In this document: one piece after another, positions 1 through 9,896 of the stretch
Numbering within the stretch: position 1 is the first letter of the stretch
How the letters are laid out: each line of letters begins with the position of its first letter
DNA from: a virus
Lineage: Duplodnaviria; Heunggongvirae; Uroviricota; Caudoviricetes
Virus record (IMG/VR): IMGVR_UViG_2917886563_000007
DNA length: 64,000 nt
Direction: 5' to 3' (one strand)
Translations under genes and position numbers: made by a program
Notes under the pieces: generated by a model
Told to the model about the DNA's origin: nothing
Seen by the model: the letters and a program-made list of their open reading frames with translations, nothing else
Database searches by the model: none

Positions 1-708
1 CCGACCACTGAGCCCGCCCTTAATCAGGTTCTCCTGAATACGCTGGTATGTGGTCCACAGATCATTGCTCTCATCCTGCCAGCGGCGTGGGGAGAGTATC
101 TGAGGTGCTGTCACCGGCTGGTGGTCCTCACCGAAACGGTACGTCAGTGCAGCCTGTGCCAGAGCCTGTTGTGCAGGTGGCGTCAGCATCAGCGACTGCA
201 TGGCATCCCGCTTCTCTTCCACACGGTCAAAAATCCCCAGCACTTCATACGCTCCTTCGATCACCTGACTCACCACATCCCCTTTGTGCGGCACACGCAC
301 CTCGCCAAACGACTCACCGCAGACGAGTCCGTTCTGGCATACCGCACGGAATAATCCCGGTAGCATCTGATACGAGCTGGAGCCGTCGTGAGAATTGAGC
401 AGAATAATTTCCGGGACCTGCTTACCGGTAATCTGCCCCTCCCGACGCAGGCGCAGCATGTGCTTTGTATGCTCGCGACGCCCTGGGTCAGGTACTCGAG
501 TCTGGCAGGCAAAGAACGGCTGAAAGCCTTCGCGCTGCAGGTTTTCAAGTACAGTAATTGTTGGTATCCAGGTATACCGGGCACTCCGGGACGCATGCTT
601 CTCCTCACTGAACACACTGGGTACCACGCGATACAACTCTTCACGGGTTAACGGCCGGTCACGACGGATAAGATTTGCTGCGCCAAAGCGCGAAGCCAGA
701 CGGGTCAT
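1..708 (-). CDS. DUF932/YfjQ-YafZ family island protein (N-terminal ~236 codons; 3' end lies beyond window start)
   Basis: Minus-strand ORF with ATG at 706-708 (MTRLASRFGAANLIRRDRPLT...), open to the window edge; N-terminus resembles cryptic-prophage YfjQ/YafZ proteins as recalled; sits downstream of the YfjP-type GTPase as in CP4-57. Confidence 0.6.
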   Translation of the reverse strand, partial: MTRLASRFGAANLIRRDRPLTREELYRVVPSVFSEEKHASRSARYTWIPTITVLENLQREGFQPFFACQTRVPDPGRREHTKHMLRLRREGQITGKQVPEIILLNSHDGSSSYQMLPGLFRAVCQNGLVCGESFGEVRVPHKGDVVSQVIEGAYEVLGIFDRVEEKRDAMQSLMLTPPAQQALAQAALTYRFGEDHQPVTAPQILSPRRWQDESNDLWTTYQRIQENLIKGGLSGR

Positions 709-801
709 AAGCAGACTCCTCATGATGGAAAATACATACAAAAAGCCCCGCCGCAAAATCGCGGCAGGGCTCAGGAAACTACGGGTTGGAATGGTTAATG
801 T

Positions 802-1665
802 TCAGAAGAAGAAATCCCAGACTGCACGGGCGACTGATACCACGATGTTGCGTACAGACTGGATAACTGTCCGAACCGGGGCCGGTATGAGTGGCAGGGA
901 ACTTACAGTGTCCAGTACCGAGCCTACTGTTTCACCAAAATCGTCACGGGCTTTTTTATTAACGGCATCGGTACGAAGAGGAGCACTAAGCTGTACCGCT
1001 ACCGGGCTACTGGCCTCACGCGGAAGGCAACGAATCATACGCTCTGCCATCACCCGCAGTCCCCAATGCAGACGAACCGACACCGCACAGATCGGATTTA
1101 CTGGTTGGAATAACTCATGCAGCAAGCAGATTTTGCGACTGATGTTCTGCTTTTGCTCCCTGGAGAGCTTATCACCGCCGCTGGTGGGTTCAGCCTTATC
1201 CGACTGACTGATAACAAACAGCACCTTATGTCGGTAAGCCTCCCCAATTACCTGATGGTAAAATTGTTCATCCACCCCCAGCGCCCGATCATCAGCCTTA
1301 ATCAGCCACAGTACCAGGTCGAGCCGGGGAAGTTGTTCGCGATACAGGGCGGCGTATTCAGTATCGCGCAAACTACTTTCCCCCACGCCTGGTAGATCAA
1401 CAAGGGTCATAACGCTCTCGCCCACTTGCAGGCTAAATTGTAAGGGGACGCGTGTGCAGGCGACTACATCGCTAACCGGTGAAACCTCACTGGCAAACAG
1501 GGCATTGCACAACGACGATTTTCCTGCCCCGGTTTTACCCATAATGCCGATCACAGGCTCGTAGTGAGTAAGCTGGTTTATCTGCTGCAGAATACGCTCC
1601 GATGCCCATTGCGGCAGGTCGGAAAGCGAGTCCTGCAGGTCAAGTAGACCTTCAATTTTTTTCAT
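802..1665 (-). CDS. YfjP/YkfA/YeeP-family GTPase of cryptic prophage islands
   Basis: ORF-track protein with P-loop GIMGKTGAGKSSLCNALF and DLPG motif; likely start MKKIEGLLDL at 1665 preceded by a GGAG RBS. Confidence 0.8.
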   Translation of the reverse strand: MKKIEGLLDLQDSLSDLPQWASERILQQINQLTHYEPVIGIMGKTGAGKSSLCNALFASEVSPVSDVVACTRVPLQFSLQVGESVMTLVDLPGVGESSLRDTEYAALYREQLPRLDLVLWLIKADDRALGVDEQFYHQVIGEAYRHKVLFVISQSDKAEPTSGGDKLSREQKQNISRKICLLHELFQPVNPICAVSVRLHWGLRVMAERMIRCLPREASSPVAVQLSAPLRTDAVNKKARDDFGETVGSVLDTVSSLPLIPAPVRTVIQSVRNIVVSVARAVWDFFF

Positions 1666-1939
1666 CTCAACTCCGCTGAAAAGTAAAACATAAAACGGTA
1701 AAACCAAATGGTTTTACCGTTTAAAAGGAAATGTTCAGGGGAATGATATATATCTTAATGTTTTTAGAATGGATTCATATATGATGTTGATCTTATTCAA
1801 GATATCCTAGAGTATCATTCTGTTGATAACATATTGAATTTGGTTAAAATAATTGAGCCTGATATCCCTTTTTACTGAATTTCAAGAGGTATTGGGTTGT
1901 GTTCGTTCGCCCAATTCTATTGATGACAAGGAAAAGCAA

Positions 1940-4900
1940 ATGGTTAGTAGCCAGTATCCCCGGGGTTCAGAATGGCATAAGTGGGATTTACATATTCACA
2001 CTCCAGCATCTTTTCATTGGAATGGCCCGAGATTTAAGTCAGATCCACGCTCACCAGAGAACGCCCCACTAGTGGATGCAATGATCAATGCTATGAATGC
2101 AGCAGAACCAATCGCATTTGCGATTATGGATTATTGGACCTTTGATGGATGGTTTGCGTTAAAACATCGATTGACGCAAGAAGATGCCCCCAAGCTAGAA
2201 AAAACCGTTTTTCCTGGAATTGAATTGCGGTTGATGGCGCCAATGCGTGGAAGGCTAAATGCTCACGTTCTTTTTTCTGATCATATACCAGATCAGGAGC
2301 TTATTGATTTCAAGAGTAAACTAGAGGTTGCTCTAATAAATAAGTCATTATCAGATTCAGCCTTAATCCAAATAGCTAGGGAGGCTGCACCAGATAAATT
2401 GCGGCATCATAGTCTCAACCAACAAAAGATTCTTCAATCTGATGCTGATGCTCTCAAGGCTGGTTCAATAATAGCCGAGGTTACATGTGAGAGTTATCAA
2501 AAAGCAATTAACAGTGTCAGCAAAAATCAAGCTATTGGGTACATGCCATTTGATACCAATGATGGGCTTACTGAAATTGAGCGTAACGCGCATTATGCAT
2601 TCGCATTAACTCTTTTCAAGACATCACCAATATTTGAAACAAGGGATTATGCTACGTGGGCAGCTTTCGCTGGTGTAAAGGTCCCTGAAAATGAAAGGTG
2701 GTTTGATGCTTTTCAAAAGGCTTTAAATAATAAACCTAGACTTGCTATTTCAGGGAGTGATGCTCACTGCTTTGTTGGAGAACCTGGTAACAATGATCGC
2801 CGAGGATATGGTGACTACCCTTCAGGAAAGGCAACATGGATAAAGGCTAATCCAACATTTGACGGATTAATGCAAGCAATAAGAGAACCAGCAAAACGTT
2901 CATTTATTGGTGCTATTCCTAAAAAACGGAAATTAGTAAGCGAAAACAGAAGTCTATTTATTGAAAAGCTAGAAGTTAAAAAATCAATTGATTCATCAAT
3001 CAATGAATCCTGGCTCGACAATACGGATATACATTTAAATCACGATTTAGTCGCTATTATTGGTAATAAAGGTAGTGGTAAAAGTGCATTGGCTGATATT
3101 GCAGCGTTGCTTGGTAACTCTAAACAAAGTCATCATTTTTCCTTCCTAAAGGAAAATCGATTTAGAGGAAAAACAGGTGAGCCAGCACGTCACTTCAATG
3201 CAAAAATAGTATGGAGTGATGAAAAAGAGTTAACAAAAAACCTTAATGATAATCCAGCAACTGAAAATGTTGAATTAATAAAATACATTCCACAAGGCCA
3301 TTTTGAAGAGTTGTGTAATGCTCATGTATCGGGCCAATCAGATGCATTTGAAAAAGAACTAAGATCTGTAATCTTCTCACATGCAGATGAATCTATACGC
3401 TTAGGTGCTCATGATTTTGAAGATCTGATAGAAAAGCAGGAGAGCTCTCTTCGAAGCCAACTAGAAAGCTATCGTAGTGAGATGCATAAACTCAATGAAC
3501 AAGTAATGTTTATTGAGAGCCAAATGACCGATGAAGCAAAAAAAGCACTTGATGAAATGTTGGCTCAAAAAGTTAGATTACTGGAAGAGTTGATCAAAGC
3601 AAAGCCAGAAGAAGTTCCTGAACCATCTAATGAGCTTACACAGGAACAACAACAAATATCTGAACAGCTATCAAACATCAATCAAGAATTAGAAAAGTTA
3701 CAGAAGCAGCAAGAATCAGACCTAGAAGAACTTACAAAGTTAGCCGGAAAGAGAAAAGCAAGCAAGAATATTAAGGCTGGTTTTGAAATCGTCAAACGTG
3801 CAGTTAATCAATTTGTGTCAGAGTTTGATTCAGATGCTAAACTCCTTGGTTTGGATATAGAGAGTTTAGTTAGAGTTGATGTTGATGAAAAAACTCTCTC
3901 TGCATTAGACGATGCTGGTTCACTTCGTGAAAAAGAAATCAAAGAACGTCAATTAACCCAAGTGGCTAGTAAACAATTAATTTTGGAGAAAAAAGCTCCA
4001 CTAAATGCACAGTTGAATGCCCCACAACAAGCATACCAGTTGTTTAAAGAACAGCTCAAAGCTTGGGGTGAGAAACATGCAGCATTATTAGGAAACAAAG
4101 ATGATCCAGATACACTCGAAGGTATCAAGCATAGAATATCTAAACTGGAGCAACTTCCAAGTCAACGATTAGAATTACATGAGAAACGAAACGATTTGAC
4201 TCGAAAAATTTTTACAATTCTTAATGAGCAAAAAGAGAATCGTGAAACCCTTTTCGAACCAGTACAATCACTTATTCAAAATAATATTCTTATCCGTGAT
4301 GAATACAAACTACAATTTAGAGCTGAACTAAGTAGCACTGCAGATCTAATTTCAAATAGATTATTTTCCATTGTTAAGCAAGCGTCGGGTGAATTTAGGG
4401 GCGAATCAGAGAGTCTTTCAGTAATTAAAGACCTTATGGATCGACATGATTTAAATGACCAAGAATCTTTACTCATGTTTGTCCAGGAATTGCACAGAAA
4501 ACTAGAGAGTTCTTCTAAGAATCCAGTTGGTGTAGCTTCATTGTTACGCAAAGATCGTACAGCTAATGAAGTTTATGACCTTATTTTTGGCTTAGAGTAC
4601 CTTGAGCCAAGATATACATTAATGTTTCAAGATGCTCAAATAGGACAATTGTCTCCTGGACAAAGAGGGGCCTTACTTCTGATTTTCTATCTGCTTGTGG
4701 ATAAAGGAAATACACCAATAATTCTGGACCAGCCTGAAGAGAATCTTGACAATGAAACTATTGTTAGCCTGCTTGTACCTGTTTTAACGGAAGCAAAGCA
4801 AAAACGACAGATTATTATGGTTACACATAATCCGAATCTTGCAGTTGTTTGTGATGCAGAGCAAATTATCCATTGTGAGTTTGATCGCACAAAGGGGCAC

Positions 4901-5014
4901 AAAATAACATATACCCCAGGAGCTATTGAGTGTAGCGTAATTAATAACAAAGTGGTTGATGTTCTTGAAGGAACTATGCCTGCATTTGATAATCGTAGAA
5001 TGAAGTATATGTGA
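1940..5014 (+). CDS. PHP-domain phosphoesterase fused to SbcC/Rad50/OLD-like ABC ATPase with central coiled coil; candidate single-gene defence nuclease
   Basis: ORF track starts at a TTG at 1853; more likely start is ATG 1940 after an aagga RBS. PHP motifs DLHIHT (1985-2002) and GSDAH (2753-2767); Walker A GNKGSGKS (3062-3085); Lys/Glu/Gln-rich heptad-like region about 3400-4300; ABC signature LSPGQRG (4649-4669); Walker B IILDQPEENLD (4718-4750); H-loop VTHN (about 4820-4831). Visibly AT-rich. Confidence 0.75.
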   Translation: MVSSQYPRGSEWHKWDLHIHTPASFHWNGPRFKSDPRSPENAPLVDAMINAMNAAEPIAFAIMDYWTFDGWFALKHRLTQEDAPKLEKTVFPGIELRLMAPMRGRLNAHVLFSDHIPDQELIDFKSKLEVALINKSLSDSALIQIAREAAPDKLRHHSLNQQKILQSDADALKAGSIIAEVTCESYQKAINSVSKNQAIGYMPFDTNDGLTEIERNAHYAFALTLFKTSPIFETRDYATWAAFAGVKVPENERWFDAFQKALNNKPRLAISGSDAHCFVGEPGNNDRRGYGDYPSGKATWIKANPTFDGLMQAIREPAKRSFIGAIPKKRKLVSENRSLFIEKLEVKKSIDSSINESWLDNTDIHLNHDLVAIIGNKGSGKSALADIAALLGNSKQSHHFSFLKENRFRGKTGEPARHFNAKIVWSDEKELTKNLNDNPATENVELIKYIPQGHFEELCNAHVSGQSDAFEKELRSVIFSHADESIRLGAHDFEDLIEKQESSLRSQLESYRSEMHKLNEQVMFIESQMTDEAKKALDEMLAQKVRLLEELIKAKPEEVPEPSNELTQEQQQISEQLSNINQELEKLQKQQESDLEELTKLAGKRKASKNIKAGFEIVKRAVNQFVSEFDSDAKLLGLDIESLVRVDVDEKTLSALDDAGSLREKEIKERQLTQVASKQLILEKKAPLNAQLNAPQQAYQLFKEQLKAWGEKHAALLGNKDDPDTLEGIKHRISKLEQLPSQRLELHEKRNDLTRKIFTILNEQKENRETLFEPVQSLIQNNILIRDEYKLQFRAELSSTADLISNRLFSIVKQASGEFRGESESLSVIKDLMDRHDLNDQESLLMFVQELHRKLESSSKNPVGVASLLRKDRTANEVYDLIFGLEYLEPRYTLMFQDAQIGQLSPGQRGALLLIFYLLVDKGNTPIILDQPEENLDNETIVSLLVPVLTEAKQKRQIIMVTHNPNLAVVCDAEQIIHCEFDRTKGHKITYTPGAIECSVINNKVVDVLEGTMPAFDNRRMKYM

Positions 5015-5024
5015 TGTTTGCATA

Positions 5025-5066
5025 AAACTGCCCATCTATAAGTTTTAGATGGGCAGTTTCTTTCGA
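5025..5066 (+). terminator. Rho-independent terminator after the PHP-ATPase gene
   Basis: Inverted repeat ctgcccatcta / tagatgggcag (5028-5056) followed by a T-rich run. Confidence 0.6.
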
Positions 5067-5195
5067 AGTTACCGGGGGCACATTGGCAGTGCGATAAATC
5101 AATAATATCTTTTATGATATTCGGATTTATATTATGGAATGATATAAGTGCTTATAAACTTTTACTGGAATTTAATGGGGTTGTATTATAACCAA

Positions 5196-5816
5196 CTACC
5201 CTCGACTGCATCCGAAATTTCTGTCACCTTCACCAAATATTTTTGTATCTAACTTGGTTAAATAGTCTAGACGGGTGAGAAGGTCGTTATACACAATGTC
5301 AAAATCCGGATCGTTAACATTCAATACATATCTACAATTCTCCGGGAAATGAACCAGATTCCTGCAATCCTCAGGTTCAAGATTAAGAGCACTATACCAT
5401 GCTCTAGTTATCATATTAGTGAGCGTACCGCTATGTTCATGATGACCCAAGTGATAGTAAGCATCTTTATTGAAAAATAGACAAGTGTGAAAATGACATT
5501 TTCCACTCTGCGTGTATTCCCTTGCCCAGAGTTGGCGTATTGAATTTGGTTTTATTCTAATCCCAGCGCATACTCTACGGTTTTCACTAGCAGCTAATAT
5601 AGCTTTTAATGAATTTATAAAGCGAGATATTGCTCCAGGTTCAAGATTATGAAAACAACAAACTGTGTCGCCATTATCAAGGATTTTCGGATAATGAAGA
5701 TCAACCCTTAACGCCATAGTTTTGGAGAATTGATGAATAGCATTGTTAATCACGGTAGCAATATTGTCTCTATAAGAGATGATATGATTGCCATGAGTAC
5801 CATTATAGATTTTCAT
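5196..5816 (-). CDS. YfjJ/YagK-family protein (island backbone gene)
   Basis: 206-aa ORF; family resemblance to K-12 cryptic-prophage YfjJ/YagK recalled from memory; position between YfjI-like gene and cargo matches CP4-57 order. Confidence 0.55.
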   Translation of the reverse strand: MKIYNGTHGNHIISYRDNIATVINNAIHQFSKTMALRVDLHYPKILDNGDTVCCFHNLEPGAISRFINSLKAILAASENRRVCAGIRIKPNSIRQLWAREYTQSGKCHFHTCLFFNKDAYYHLGHHEHSGTLTNMITRAWYSALNLEPEDCRNLVHFPENCRYVLNVNDPDFDIVYNDLLTRLDYLTKLDTKIFGEGDRNFGCSRG

Positions 5817-6038
5817 AATAATAAGACCATAGTTGCTCTTATCTTAAATAAGAGCATGTTGATTAATATCTTTTCTATAGAGCAAATGAATTAATGTTTT
5901 GGCAATCACATACAACACTTCTATTAGTTATCAATAGAAACGACAATATATTACCTTTCCACCACCATTTACCTATATCAGGTCTGTTCCAGCCTAAAGA
6001 TTACGAGTGCAATTCGCTCTGCATTTAGCTTTGTACTT

Positions 6039-7484
6039 TTACACGATGTATTGTGTGCTGATAGATTGCATATAGTCTATATCAGGACCGATATATAAAG
6101 ATCTTCCACGTTTAGCTATTCTGATTTTTCCTTGCTGAACTAAAATTTCCAATAAACCATCTGCGACTTTCTTTCTTCTCAATCGATTAGGTCCAAAGGA
6201 GTAAATTAACACTTTGTTAAAATAAATTATGGAGTTGTCTTCGCAATATTTTATAACCCAGTTAAATAATTCTTCAGAATCAACTTGTTCCTCTTTTTTA
6301 TCTAGGAGCTTAGGAGGTGAAAATATACGGATATATTCATCTGTAAACCAAAGTGTAATTTCAATTGCTGCCTCTATGGCTTCTAAAGAAATATCACCTT
6401 CCCCATGGTTAAAATAAAATAGAAGTGCTGATATTCTTGCTGCATTTTCTGCAATTTTAGAAGCATAATCTTTGATGTCAGAAAATAATCCAAATCCAAG
6501 CATCCCCATTTCGGACTCTACTTGATTATGAAATTGTATCCATCTTTCTTGTGCTTCCGGAGAAAAGTAGAGGCAGGTCCGTTTGCTGTTTTTATTTGAT
6601 GCAATGTTTGTCTTAATAATCTCCATTAATCTCTTATGAAACAATGGAAGATGTTCATTTGAAGTGACTGGGTTAGTTATTGTTCTGTAACCTTGTTTCG
6701 AGTGAGGTTGACAAATCAAAAATCGATTGAATATCCCAATTCCCTTTGCTATATCACCTTTATTTTTAATATATCTGCTAATAACGCTAGGTTGCGCCAT
6801 CAATCCTGCTGTTAGGGTTGCATTTTTAATTAATCTATCCGGTTCATTCTTTCTTTGCAGTGTGTATGTAGAACCATCCCACATTTTGTTGAGGAAGGGT
6901 AAGTCACCTAGGATATAGCCATTAAATACAGTTCCTGCTTCATCAGAAAAAATTCCGACAGAACGCCAATGACCGGAAAGATAATCTTTTAAAGCAGCGG
7001 GTGTCGCGTCATTAAATATCATCCTATATTTTATTGGTTCTTCTGGGTAAGAAGAAAGAAGTTCTTCAAGTCTTTTACGATGCTCAGAAATATCTCTATT
7101 GCAGCGAATGTCTGACTTGATTTTTGCTATAATTAATTTCTTTTCAATATCTATTATTTCAATTGTGTTTTTGTATGATAGCATTTCATTTAGATGCTTT
7201 TCAAATAACAATTCTTCAAATTCATATATCGGGTTAAATATTTGTTTGTAAACACCTGTTTTCCTTTCTCCAGAATCGGCGATTGTCAACAAATATAATG
7301 ATGCAGGGCCAGTAATGTTATTTATCCTACATACATCTATACTATTCTGACAGGCTAAAGAAATGGCACTTAGTATAGCTGAAGAAATCAATGATAGTGG
7401 GGCTTGAGTATGCTGTTCTACTTCATAGACAGCATTTCTGGCTAGTGAGGGCAGCGTGTGTACAGGGAAATTTTTATCTAACAT
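6039..7484 (-). CDS. YfjI-like large island protein (possibly DUF3987 family)
   Basis: 481-aa ORF immediately downstream of alpA in the same orientation, as yfjI in CP4-57; family assignment from memory only. Confidence 0.5.
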   Translation of the reverse strand: MLDKNFPVHTLPSLARNAVYEVEQHTQAPLSLISSAILSAISLACQNSIDVCRINNITGPASLYLLTIADSGERKTGVYKQIFNPIYEFEELLFEKHLNEMLSYKNTIEIIDIEKKLIIAKIKSDIRCNRDISEHRKRLEELLSSYPEEPIKYRMIFNDATPAALKDYLSGHWRSVGIFSDEAGTVFNGYILGDLPFLNKMWDGSTYTLQRKNEPDRLIKNATLTAGLMAQPSVISRYIKNKGDIAKGIGIFNRFLICQPHSKQGYRTITNPVTSNEHLPLFHKRLMEIIKTNIASNKNSKRTCLYFSPEAQERWIQFHNQVESEMGMLGFGLFSDIKDYASKIAENAARISALLFYFNHGEGDISLEAIEAAIEITLWFTDEYIRIFSPPKLLDKKEEQVDSEELFNWVIKYCEDNSIIYFNKVLIYSFGPNRLRRKKVADGLLEILVQQGKIRIAKRGRSLYIGPDIDYMQSISTQYIV

Positions 7485-7496
7485 AATAACCTCCTT

Positions 7497-7733
7497 TCAT
7501 CGTTTTTCTTCAGAAGCGAAGAGAGTGTGGATATAGCTTTGAACGTCATCCCAGAGCCAGTAGTTTTTTTTGTTAATTTTTTTTGGTCTTACCAAACCAG
7601 ATGGTAATTGATCTTGGCACAACCATTTTCTGATTGTTTGCGGTTTACAATTCAACAGTTGTGCTAAATCATTAGTAGAAACAAGTCGGATGTTGCTTGG
7701 AGATGATGCTTCACTTATTTGAAATTTGCTCAT
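7497..7733 (-). CDS. alpA: AlpA-family phage/island transcriptional regulator (excisionase-like HTH)
   Basis: 78-aa protein MSKFQISEASSP...LLNCKPQTIRKW...; AlpA-type HTH; located next to a P4-type integrase. Confidence 0.8.
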   Translation of the reverse strand: MSKFQISEASSPSNIRLVSTNDLAQLLNCKPQTIRKWLCQDQLPSGLVRPKKINKKNYWLWDDVQSYIHTLFASEEKR

Positions 7734-8206
7734 GATGCCACCCCGGAGATAAAAACGTGGGCAAATGAAGCAATAGGTAGGACGCAGGCTTTGTTTAAGA
7801 GATAGGAGGCGTTTAAGGAAAGGATAGAGAATAAGGAGGATGATCTGAGTACACTTGCAGGCTCGGGATCACCACCTTCACTTGAACCGGTGGAAAAAGA
7901 TCCCTTTGCTGACTTGGTGCTACTACGATGCGCTCTCGAGGTATGAGTTTTAAATGGCACTGAACGAGAAATCACGTTAGCTAAAGCAATTTTGCATGCC
8001 TTGTTTCGTACATTTTTCCGATAAATAGCCTGATCCATTACATGAAGGGCGACTTTCTTATAGTGGTTTTTAAACCATTGCTCAATGGGGAGTCCATTAG
8101 ATGATGGTGAATGGTATTGGATTTCAAAATTGATCTCGGGCAGTCCAAGCAGATTCGCCAGAATCTCTTGACTATCATCTAACACGGGGTTGTAACTATT
8201 AAACAT
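7730..8206 (-). CDS. Hypothetical island protein between integrase and alpA
   Basis: 158-aa ORF whose stop overlaps the alpA start; no recognisable motif. Confidence 0.4.
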   Translation of the reverse strand: MFNSYNPVLDDSQEILANLLGLPEINFEIQYHSPSSNGLPIEQWFKNHYKKVALHVMDQAIYRKNVRNKACKIALANVISRSVPFKTHTSRAHRSSTKSAKGSFSTGSSEGGDPEPASVLRSSSLFSILSLNASYLLNKACVLPIASFAHVFISGVAS

Positions 8207-8334
8207 TCTGATATTTCTCCTCTAGGGTCGTGAACTAATGAGGCGATTTTTATCCAAGTTTCAATATCTGTCAATAACTCTTTTATTTTTCAGGGTTAAT
8301 GTAACATATTGATATTTAATGAAATCAACGCGTA

Positions 8335-9651
8335 TCAACACTCGATTTTTTCATAAATAGAGGCCTGTTCTAAGATCCAGCTCTCAATTTTTTCATGCCA
8401 TTTACGCAACAAATCTAATGGACGACGACGGTAGTGTTTCTCAGCTAGAGCACTAGGTTTATGGCCCATAATCTGCGCAACTATGCCAGTTGGCACTTCG
8501 ACCCATTCGGCGAGCGTACCAAAACTACGACGTAATCCATGCAGGCTGATGTGTGGTAATTCAGCCTTAGCTAAGGCCCGATTGTGTGCGGAACGCGGTT
8601 CAATAATTTTGCCGCTTTTGCTATTACTCCTGAAAACCCAATCCTCCTTATTTACGTCAGAATTTGGTGTTTGCACCAATGCGCGTAACAGGTGAGTGAC
8701 ATAAGGAGTAAGAGGTATGATACGTTCGCCTTCGATCTTGTCTTTAATCCGCATACTTGACCATTTGAAATCGACGTCAGACCACCGAAGTGACGCAATT
8801 TCTTCGCGTCGCGCTCCGGTGAGTAAAAGTACCTGGAGATAGGCCGATGCAATGGGATTGTTGAGGTTACGCACGGCACTGAACCAGCTTTTTAACTGTT
8901 CTTTTTGTAAGCAATCTCCCGCTTTACTCGCTGATACTGGAACCAATTTTCTCACGTTATGATCTTGTGCAAGATCGCCATGGATTATTCCCTGATATTT
9001 TTTCTGGTAATTAACCCATTTGATAAATGCACGCAACAGACGGTAGGCATGAGCAGTGACGGTAGGCCGATTTTGTCTTTCTGTACTTAGCCATGCGGCA
9101 ATGTTCTCTGGTGTTAGTTCCGATAACGGTAGGTCGAGCAAGCTAGCCAATGGTCCAGCCGAGGTTGGGCCCCGGCCTCTTTTTTTACTTTCTCCTCCAC
9201 GGCTGGACAAGTTCACGTGATCGGCAATATAACGTGCAGAGTAAGGACGTTTAGTTTTTGCGCTGATTCCGGTTCTCAATTCTTGAAGATAATCTTCCCA
9301 AGCGCTTGAGAAGGTTACCTTCGTTTTACGAGATTCAGCCTGCTGTGATTCCGCTTCAGCAATTTTTTCTGCTTTAGCTATACGCGGATCTATCCCAGTA
9401 TCGATTAATGTTTGCAGCCGCCTGGCTTCGGCCCTGGCATCATCAATCCTCCAATCGTTAATGTTGCCAATGGTCATGCGAAGGGTTTTTCCCGCATATA
9501 CGCTTTGGAACACAAAAGCTTTTGTTCCGCGAGTTGCCCGGCATGCCAGAGTTGTTACATCCGCATCCCAAAGAAATGCTTGGTTTTTCCCTTCAGTTAA
9601 AGCAAATTTTCGAATACGCTCGAAGGTGAGTTTTTGTCTCGGAAGTGCCAT
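8335..9651 (-). CDS. int: P4-type tyrosine integrase
   Basis: Likely start MALPRQKLTFERI at 9651; C-terminal tyrosine-recombinase motifs (ARREE, HGLRRSF, GHK...Y); adjacent to a tRNA-Thr 3' fragment. Confidence 0.9.
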   Translation of the reverse strand: MALPRQKLTFERIRKFALTEGKNQAFLWDADVTTLACRATRGTKAFVFQSVYAGKTLRMTIGNINDWRIDDARAEARRLQTLIDTGIDPRIAKAEKIAEAESQQAESRKTKVTFSSAWEDYLQELRTGISAKTKRPYSARYIADHVNLSSRGGESKKRGRGPTSAGPLASLLDLPLSELTPENIAAWLSTERQNRPTVTAHAYRLLRAFIKWVNYQKKYQGIIHGDLAQDHNVRKLVPVSASKAGDCLQKEQLKSWFSAVRNLNNPIASAYLQVLLLTGARREEIASLRWSDVDFKWSSMRIKDKIEGERIIPLTPYVTHLLRALVQTPNSDVNKEDWVFRSNSKSGKIIEPRSAHNRALAKAELPHISLHGLRRSFGTLAEWVEVPTGIVAQIMGHKPSALAEKHYRRRPLDLLRKWHEKIESWILEQASIYEKIEC

Positions 9652-9833
9652 TTTTGGGCTCCAGATGAGAAAGGTTACATCACCATAATGTAACGGCTGG
9701 TGTAAGTAAATTAGGGGAATACACATCAACACCTGTCAATTTTTATCAACAGGTGTGTTTTATAAGTTAATGTTTTATAATGAACTAATTGTTTTAAGAG
9801 TAGGTTTTTAAAGGGGTAAAAGTATAATAACGT

Positions 9834-9884
9834 CGCATTCGTAATGCGAAGGTCGTAGGTTCGACTCCTATTATCGGCACCATC
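9834..9884 (+). repeat. tRNA-Thr (thrW-type) 3' fragment; direct repeat, attL of lambdoid prophage and right-end repeat of the P4-like island
   Basis: cgcattcgtaatgcgaaggtcgtaggttcgactcctattatcggcacca matches the anticodon-to-CCA half of tRNA-Thr(CGU) as recalled; the upstream sequence does not match the 5' half, so not an intact gene. Confidence 0.8.
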
Positions 9885-9896
9885 TAAATCAATAAG

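Larger units (their letters stand above)
1..9833. mobile_element. P4/CP4-57-like integrative island (right portion; left end beyond window)
   Basis: Backbone gene set (DUF932-like, YfjP GTPase, YfjJ-like, YfjI-like, AlpA, P4 integrase) ending at a tRNA-Thr 3' repeat. Confidence 0.7.

Noticed and set aside
1694-1719. Hairpin acggtaaaacc-aaat-ggttttaccgt upstream of the GTPase gene, considered as a terminator or regulatory RNA
   Set aside because: It sits in the 5' leader of the minus-strand GTPase gene with no flanking U-run on either strand; function cannot be inferred from sequence alone.
1940-5014. Interpretation as a housekeeping SbcC/RecN/SMC repair gene
   Set aside because: Phosphoesterase and ATPase are fused in one polypeptide, the gene is AT-rich, and it sits in the variable cargo slot of an integrative island between backbone genes, which is not a chromosomal repair-gene context.
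9834-9884. Possible intact tRNA-Thr gene (likewise at 55509-55556)
   Set aside because: Only the 3' half from the anticodon arm to CCA is present; upstream sequence does not form the acceptor or D arm, so these are att-site remnants, not functional tRNAs.
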